Source: Eutreptiella sp. 'Long Island Sound 2002'
Taxonomy: Eukaryota > Protista > Euglenida
Length of the DNA stretch: 64,000 nucleotides
Reading direction: 5' to 3'
Assembly: GCA_964036045.1 (NCBI GenBank)
Contig: OZ038378.1
Span: 164,486,001 to 164,550,000, forward strand
Position numbers and translations under genes: made by a program. The notes under the pieces were generated by a model that ran no database searches, was not told the DNA's origin, and worked only from the letters and a program-made list of their open reading frames with translations. Shown here in pieces: positions 62,501-64,000 of this stretch (position 1 is its first letter; each line of letters begins with the position of its first letter).

Positions 62501-63934
62501 CACACGTGTGTGTGAGTGGGATGTCCGCCCCACTGCCCCGATGGCCGCTTGTCCTACGCACATTGTGTAATGATACGTTCAAGGGAATCCTCCACTCGCG
62601 GATGGGGGGCAGGGGCATGGGGCAGGGGGAGGGCAGGGCCACGGCCATGGCCCAGGGGCATCGCACGACCTGCTCCATCGTGCGGATGTACCCGGGCTCC
62701 GATAGTTTGATGGTCTTGAGGCCGGACTTGGCCTCCATCTTCTGGATCCATTTCAGCGCCTGGCCCTGGGGGTCGATCATTAGGGGCCAGCGACGAGACT
62801 TGTTCGACGTGGACACGGTGACCATGATGGCGTTCTCCAGCGATGTGTTGTCTGGCAGACGCACAGCGGAGGGGCAGGACCGGCCTCGGCGGCAAACACA
62901 GGAAGGTGCGCGCGACGACCGTCGACCAATGGCGCGGGGTGGGTCAACAACCGCCGTTGGGGTCAGAGATGGCAGTTGGCGGTTGACTACTCGCGGTCGG
63001 CAGTTCAGTGACAGCAGCCGGCGGCGACACAATGGCAGTTACCGTGGAGGGGAAAGTTGTGAACGTGCGAAATTTGGAATGGCGAACTTTGGTGCGGAGA
63101 AAATGTGGCACCAATTCTAAAAGTGCCACTTCAAATTTTGATTCAAATCCCCAGATTGTGGCACAAGAACAAGCATAGACCGTGGACGGTGGTTGCTACT
63201 TCCTATGGGCCTTTGGTTGGTTGCTGTTATTTCCCTGGGGCTGCGGGGCACAACAGAACTGTGCCTGCCAAGAGCGCCACAGATGACACCTGGAAAAAAT
63301 GGCCTCGGACATTCAAAATAATATATCGCGGCATACTTTGGCACACGTGTGTTGTGCCACATTTTGCCAATCCAAATTTTGCCGTTTCCTCATTTCCCCC
63401 TCCCCCCGGTCGTGGGAACCGGACAGTTTGTCGCCAGTGCTCACGGTTGGCGGTTGTTTGCCGCCGGTTGGGGGGCAACCGCCAGGCGGTTGGCCGGCGA
63501 CTGTGGAACCCGAAGGCCCTCGTTCAGGATCATCTTTGGCAAACCCCCCTCCCGTCGCTGCAAAGGGGCCGGGCACCTGTGGGCAGCGTCATGATGGCCC
63601 ACTCCCGCATCTGCATCGGGGTCGCCAGCGTGGACACCAGCGAGAACTCGTCGCTGATTTTGATGTTGCGCTCGTGGCACAGCTCCACCCACTTCTCGGA
63701 CATGTCCCTCCGGAACGGGGCCGTGAAGGCCCCCAGGTACGCGATGGAGGCCGAGGACAGGAACACGTTGCCCGCCAGCGTCTTGACGTCCGTCTCCATC
63801 GTCTCGATCAACGCGTCCCACCGCACCACCTCTTGAGCCAAGGACCCGGTCAGGGCTGAGGCTGCAGTCAGTCGCTTGGAGGAGAGGTCGATTTTGTACT
63901 CCAAATCCTCCTTCTCCTTAATGCTCTTGTCAAA
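28342..63934 (-). CDS. DNAH6: Axonemal dynein heavy chain, C-terminal ~1263 aa (end of stalk, AAA5, AAA6, C-terminal domain), 16 exons; 5' part lies beyond the window. DNAH6-like inner-arm type
   Basis: Spliced translation gives dynein motifs: [125 protein letters not shown]. Exon lengths and phases join in frame except two 1-nt indels in homopolymers. Dynein call is secure; the DNAH6 subfamily is from recalled motifs and less certain. Confidence 0.95.
29175..29388. mobile_element. hAT-type MITE family A
   Basis: TIR CAGGGATTCATTGGAAG / CTTCTAATGCACCCCTG; perfect 8-bp TSD ACTCTGCC. Confidence 0.88.
30681..30817 (-). CDS. Dynein exon 15 (AYARQFK...[13 protein letters not shown])
   Basis: Acceptor ATTAG|GCC; donor AG|GTGTAG. 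Confidence 0.9.
31935..32100. repeat. (CACAG/CACAC/CACGG)n pentamer array
   Basis: Visible tandem pentamers; smaller (GCACA)n at ~31250-31285. Confidence 0.85.
32195..32400 (-). CDS. Dynein exon 14 ([12 protein letters not shown]...GFMTGTLQ)
   Basis: Acceptor TTCAG|GC; donor CAG|GTACAG. Confidence 0.9.
33446..33617 (-). CDS. Dynein exon 13 (AGPNTFRV...LSEQLE)
   Basis: Acceptor TGCAG|GCC; GC donor G|GCGTGT required by phase. Confidence 0.85.
34752..34840. repeat. Compound (CG)n-(CGCA)n-(CA)n microsatellite at the 5' end of dynein intron 12
   Basis: Directly visible. Confidence 0.9.
34861..35109 (-). CDS. Dynein exon 12 (VEGYREF...[13 protein letters not shown]...LMEE)
   Basis: Acceptor CGCAG|GTG; donor GAG|GTGCCT; 249 nt. 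Confidence 0.9.
35902..35946 (-). repeat. (TCC)n 3' tail of the retrotransposon
   Basis: About 15 GGA units on the + strand, ~415 nt downstream of the ORF2 stop. Confidence 0.75.
36361..41730 (-). CDS. Retrotransposon ORF2 polyprotein, 1789 aa
   Basis: APE at ~40358-41031 (CISFNV, IVMLQE, GVAILL, VVGGDFN, GPTW, ALDHF, SDHFPL). RT at ~38740-39560 ([27 protein letters not shown]). RNase H at ~37570-37990 (TDGS, AIE, TDSK, DSCAK). CCHC knuckle CIWC-x7-H-x4-C at ~37241-37295. Start codon uncertain (GTG 41730; first ATG 41709). Confidence 0.95.
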   Translation of the reverse strand: MAGNPISMHSIIGHHNKHRYITMPGHLHLNSKDGQTPGNLKSPPDSVPFPSEFPIQQVILYVSPLTGNAIDSQWGFQFQNNRCVSFREVPAELLSLLPVPAGLIHIHYFKHTHQPAPLLTQWADVLYYIQLKGAMQISGCTKTSTQFAIRVPTGHSLILPMYWFTQYSITHTMLTGAASTLMVAIFKPRIIRRILKIPGKLPQRLRQSLLHTMDIVSVPHCIAQEKNPHETSPVRCISFNVQISIRDKTKQLHVWIKEMEFPDIVMLQEIGKLPSDFMFHPLYMAFHTHTDRNSLGVAILLRRVLGIQMQEQHFSPDHRAIVVRFLYNDKPFQVVNLYLKSKAEAHEIRATLNWVAPFLISAYWYTVVGGDFNQNPGWDNDCPISSPARTEAILDAFLDTNIHPVKKQSPGPTWVSAQGHVGALDHFMVSVTHTTPPITQVIHRCSFPSDHFPLILSIYDVTPLPPPECTHATNRYVIPVEITATQLAHFQRVFDKEYTQHASDTLDITVQSFTHAILQAATQVFGQPCDAYSTPMLVQKAMQRMQAYITEHPQWWLHITQAQQLQKHRSHIWRAWDMIHLENKIRVSLNNLGGSAGAQAPRKPLYRKIFRQPYNASLEPTYVSQHNAHADMIGLVALDQFRQRHLSPPLYMNRNDILQWVQWDPPQFPPLTLTVSFLRKVLKKFPRSTPFRNLLEARMVNFLSDSQLLHLVQLYNTWLAGGDMDGIYWGDFYALPNKLPHGPIANARPLLNFHTLWKIFSASIKKHVTHLLCQSQVIPVTQFALWGKSSANDVLRVIHDHVNDRWYRNLTVFLVLDDIRHAFGSVQHPTLEQILRLAGFHERWITIIMGAATKSKIFMGGKKGVKLAITTFRAGIAQGCPVSALIFCLLLELRIAIITHQVPVPISPGGRFLRVTYMDDTTFVLECAKDMQQLLDRQMTAGLYTHLHTSVIKLTGIVASMIGGKVQYHGHDFRAGGSTLQLLDGNEYARLLGRHVLPHIFHRQDCIKLLSACRRASIALRYERLPANYPLIMYSASAGGSQRWIAGVRPPAHATMRLCDFAAASAIRSVANWGQIPSASFMQSLQSGWTGIYPATVTMLHTFVITIMRQAGHLNPLVRKSVTHGIWRAFQNFHPGMPCVPDIFGKMCPSHSTDYDRFLKYTHHMNIRIHVPAYVKQIDEQINMYKCTHDWQAVHMHEWMTAGYKNLPAARKAGWPIPDWMFCLPNVDLLPSVPCPAILPDIKILPKRPFFVTDGSRLSDGRVGGALAICDYDTMEYTVYPIHCPISLDHSFAIEMYVAWVTLLVRKKLGTQDGVWYTKSDTYTDSKSYVTALQSDTEQTVPILRDLLQACKQLSQDYQVPVHIYSHRKGTLLDIILDSVDSCAKETALSQVPSIGWISELQEPQITFSCEGQQFHNWDKYVHTKLTELYCKSHDVEYCAPQPVYDLYANALMNGHIQWNTHLHTVACRQGIWQPNPAQCIWCGMQNTSRHMCEECPYRDVILYLVYSKLAVMIPDVIPSWKHCIPTPWGVWVQRGAATILLHCVYYPGAQVDHISLCINPDGRATTDTTHAMEKLGVNESKQQRLLGFILTTLQLLREATSLPLMLQTQDFAALNGAPMTHFVLAHQHRVPKHSWASYPEVWVVWPHAPLLFLLGNRMHFHVYLPKMRLMAHSLTPVTYWFVTDMRDMRKLQHNVPTVWLIDSVEKPVIGTNLQGTIFWSMTFGYPENQRMITCLVVQEQVYSVKRLRALLAAFQQLFALLGLPHKMSTQDYRLKFQPSMDKWVEEPW
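41609..44350 (-). CDS. Retrotransposon ORF1 (gag-like RNA-binding protein), 913 aa
   Basis: Position directly upstream of and overlapping ORF2; heptad-rich segment ~43040-43230; RRM-like segment ~42075-42322; K/RS-rich C-terminus. Confidence 0.85.
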   Translation of the reverse strand: MCQSGSSVNKFPSVHHFLHVPCTDMEHVPYQASLLQLLADSSDPELQRLLTEYIDLIPAHVYKEAESALPTAFAPGIQVQALCDALRWITIVGKISYVSSINVLLAPQGYLITVTAEVMQEKKKQQVEHIPIALARSPALLAHIQVQLPSIKNIVKMWDQTYRKIENSEIKDTFGKLLQIKGQEYKKVNTTLFKNIVLTPMEQSLPVHLKTIWGELQKSGLQCIQEQLFRLPDTVPFTGTATVTRSDYLQIYHHLLAWASDKLAPPHKQNALRNKGIVQAMNQNKAQDIIRQSILEVATEAVFEEAWPGEKPSWITAPTAALLKPKDNYINLLNSPNLLDMKKTSRTSADLLQALDDGFSQKEEEPLIPEHFTQRMNAQRLETTKADLDHIKTQHRQAENTIKLQNKQIEELQSTIKILQAELQEMRDRSETAELTLPQLTENFANAFAMLVRIRQKASEWEGPPSPSLVDLLKESSPENFTCLPPLHAKYMASVPLVSTFLAVTGIRQDLLPIITALIPEHRPTTVNLLKYLNDTDPVGESPTHNTPQSAQDKTPVPTVKTQIPGSPPMHKLLKWINHQPTEKISGFAKKLHMTVSLNIPEIRNLSPMDLHEQWNTLNMHTTHPKLDHVIKDFFTQAEQETPQDPISTGHTIVKQAEHRNQQAAQTSQSRSSDPAKFPICILVAWNAVMDPPEHDISARILGTALRPVFGKNLCSITDDSVKGTRSFCMLGVSEDGKDQANTPGMTVVSGWRINWKKATKQPWSPWVPRGFHQASYFTPEASHSSGKKKQKKGNDDSSESDQSDDHKNRRESSTKKKENSHKKKRSRSRSKSRSPKRKKNGKKHYSRSRSRSPSPDRRVKDTNPQHFRPPTTSGWQPHQHAQHHWAPQQAPVHNHAWPSTPEQQGWPNPWQP
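44503..44537. repeat. (GCTCTG)n microsatellite upstream of ORF1
   Basis: About 5.5 tandem hexamers. Confidence 0.9.
44585..44768 (+). ncRNA. tRNA-like Pol III-type unit with 3' hairpin extension (not a canonical tRNA)
   Basis: A-box-like TGCTTCAGCGG ~44595-44605; B-box GGTTCGATTCC 44637-44647; perfect 12-bp hairpin 44650-44683; 9-bp hairpin 44709-44733; T7 at 44762-44768. Confidence 0.5.
44762..44789. terminator. Candidate bidirectional Pol III terminator
   Basis: T7, then perfect palindrome TCCTGATCAGGA (44770-44781), then A6. Confidence 0.45.
44874..45000 (-). ncRNA. Second tRNA-like Pol III-type unit, convergent with the first
   Basis: Minus-strand A-box CGGCCTAGTGG 44991-44981; B-box GGTTCGACTCC 44948-44938; T-stem 4/5 paired; acceptor stem poor; T4 at 44877-44874 and T6 at 44789-44784. 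Confidence 0.45.
45478..45756 (-). CDS. Dynein exon 11 ([13 protein letters not shown]...YAMPHLLT)
   Basis: Acceptor CTCAG|TTT; donor ACG|GTCTGT; 279 nt. Confidence 0.9.
45933..46116. mobile_element. hAT-type MITE family C
   Basis: Ends CAGAGT / ACTCTG; perfect 8-bp TSD GGGATGGC; related partial copy at ~49230-49406. Confidence 0.82.
48660..48755 (-). CDS. Dynein exon 10 (GEAFPEC...HSIIAERKK)
   Basis: Acceptor CGCAG|GGC; donor AAG|GTCTGC; 96 nt. Confidence 0.92.
49515..49773. mobile_element. hAT-type MITE family B
   Basis: Starts CAGGGATGTATTAGAAG; [19 protein letters not shown]; shares its body with 51063-51398. Confidence 0.7.
49873..50175 (-). CDS. Dynein exon 9 (GDNAKRLI...[11 protein letters not shown]...DFFEE)
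   Basis: Acceptor CGCAG|GGA; donor GAG|GTGTGG; 303 nt. Confidence 0.92.
50208..50428. mobile_element. hAT-type MITE family A, 33 nt from the exon 9 boundary
   Basis: Family A body and degenerate TIRs; TSD 6/8. Confidence 0.75.
51063..51398. mobile_element. hAT-type MITE family B
   Basis: GAGGGATGTATTAGAAG ... ACACCCCTG; TSD GCCATGAC/GTCATGGC (6/8). Confidence 0.7.
51416..51827 (-). CDS. Dynein exon 8 (ESGLDAK...PFDLE...SLGQGQ), one base apparently missing at 51705-51707
   Basis: Acceptor TGCAG|AA; donor CAG|GTCTGT; strong GC3 codon bias throughout. Confidence 0.8.
52935..53130. repeat. (CACGA/CGCGA/CCCGA)n pentamer array with an inverted tail
   Basis: Directly visible; the GTCGTGAC segment inverts the motif. 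Confidence 0.85.
53343..53527 (-). CDS. Dynein exon 7 ([12 protein letters not shown]...WAGLKE)
   Basis: Acceptor CTCAG|G; donor G|GTGCTG chosen for phase compatibility; an alternative donor lies at 53376. Confidence 0.75.
54665..54875. mobile_element. hAT-type MITE family A
   Basis: Family A body with degenerate TIRs. Confidence 0.7.
55388..55601. mobile_element. hAT-type MITE family A (opposite orientation)
   Basis: CAGGGATGCATTGGAAG ... CTTCCAATGCATCCCTG, flanked by poly-C on both sides. Confidence 0.8.
55682..55815 (-). CDS. Dynein exon 6 ([13 protein letters not shown]...LCALER)
   Basis: Acceptor CGCAG|TGC; donor CG|GTATGC. Confidence 0.88.
56677..57597. repeat. 21-bp minisatellite (CCTCATCAACCCTCTCATAAC)n, ~43 units, intronic
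   Basis: Gives the (DEGYERV)n and (MRVMRGL)n pseudo-ORFs; degenerate units extend left to ~56420. Confidence 0.95.
57660..57945 (-). CDS. Dynein exon 5 ([17 protein letters not shown]...QILRQ), one extra base at 57838-57840
   Basis: Acceptor CACAG|GCC; donor CAG|GTCTGT; length 286 = 3n+1. Confidence 0.88.
58499..58635. repeat. (GGCGGTT)n heptamer plus GGGGCTGTCCTT module (related copy 32821-32915)
   Basis: Shared sequence between the two sites. Confidence 0.75.
58769..59129 (-). CDS. Dynein exon 4 ([12 protein letters not shown]...QSINE)
   Basis: Acceptor CTCAG|G; donor GAG|GTCTGT. Confidence 0.92.
60398..60563. mobile_element. hAT-type MITE family D
   Basis: TIR CAGACCTGCCACTAGCG / CGCTAGTGGCATGTCTG (16/17); perfect 8-bp TSD GTAAGGAC. 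Confidence 0.88.
61966..62126 (-). CDS. Dynein exon 3 ([15 protein letters not shown]...YDPMFR)
   Basis: Acceptor GGCAG|GCC; donor AG|GTGCGT. Confidence 0.92.
62670..62851 (-). CDS. Dynein exon 2 (DNTSLENA...[12 protein letters not shown]...TMEQ)
   Basis: Acceptor GCCAG|AC; donor CAG|GTCGTG. Confidence 0.92.
63577..63934 (-). CDS. Dynein exon 1 in window (FDKSIKEK...WAIMTLPT)
   Basis: Acceptor CGCAG|TTT; donor G|GTGCCC; phase 1 end. Confidence 0.9.
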
Positions 63935-64000
63935 CTGCGCAGTGCAGACAGGCGTGGTACGGTCTCATGCGCAACTGTTCTGACCGCCAGCACCAACACC

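Noticed and set aside
28342-63934. Dynein pseudogene
   Set aside because: Splice sites, phases and motifs are conserved with no in-frame stops; both indels are in homopolymers typical of long-read error.
28342-63934. Introns created by MITEs (introner-like)
   Set aside because: Splice sites do not coincide with TIR or TSD boundaries; the MITEs sit inside existing introns.

Overview
This is eukaryotic, repeat-dense genomic DNA. It is probably from a euglenid, an inference from a euglenid spliced-leader-like relic and the intron and codon style. No prokaryotic operons, rRNA or CRISPR arrays were found. The minus strand carries the 3' part of an axonemal (DNAH6-like) dynein heavy chain gene. 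I mapped 16 exons from 63934 to the stop at 28342, about 1263 aa, with 14 GT-AG introns, one GC-AG intron and two probable homopolymer indel errors. Downstream on the same strand is an intronless SLC25 mitochondrial carrier (21489-20602). The main accessory feature is an intact two-ORF non-LTR retrotransposon inside a 10.4-kb dynein intron. Its ORF1 has a coiled coil, an RRM-like segment and an RS-rich tail. Its ORF2 has an apparent degenerate AlkB/2OG-Fe(II)-like N-terminal domain, AP endonuclease, RT, RNase H, a CCHC knuckle and an unassigned ~290-aa C-terminal extension. Just 5' of ORF1 are two convergent tRNA-like (A-box/B-box) units that meet at a palindromic bidirectional T-run terminator. 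The rest of the window is hAT-type MITEs (several families, 8-bp TSDs), tandem duplications, and mini- and microsatellites. All assignments are by eye; no database searches were run.
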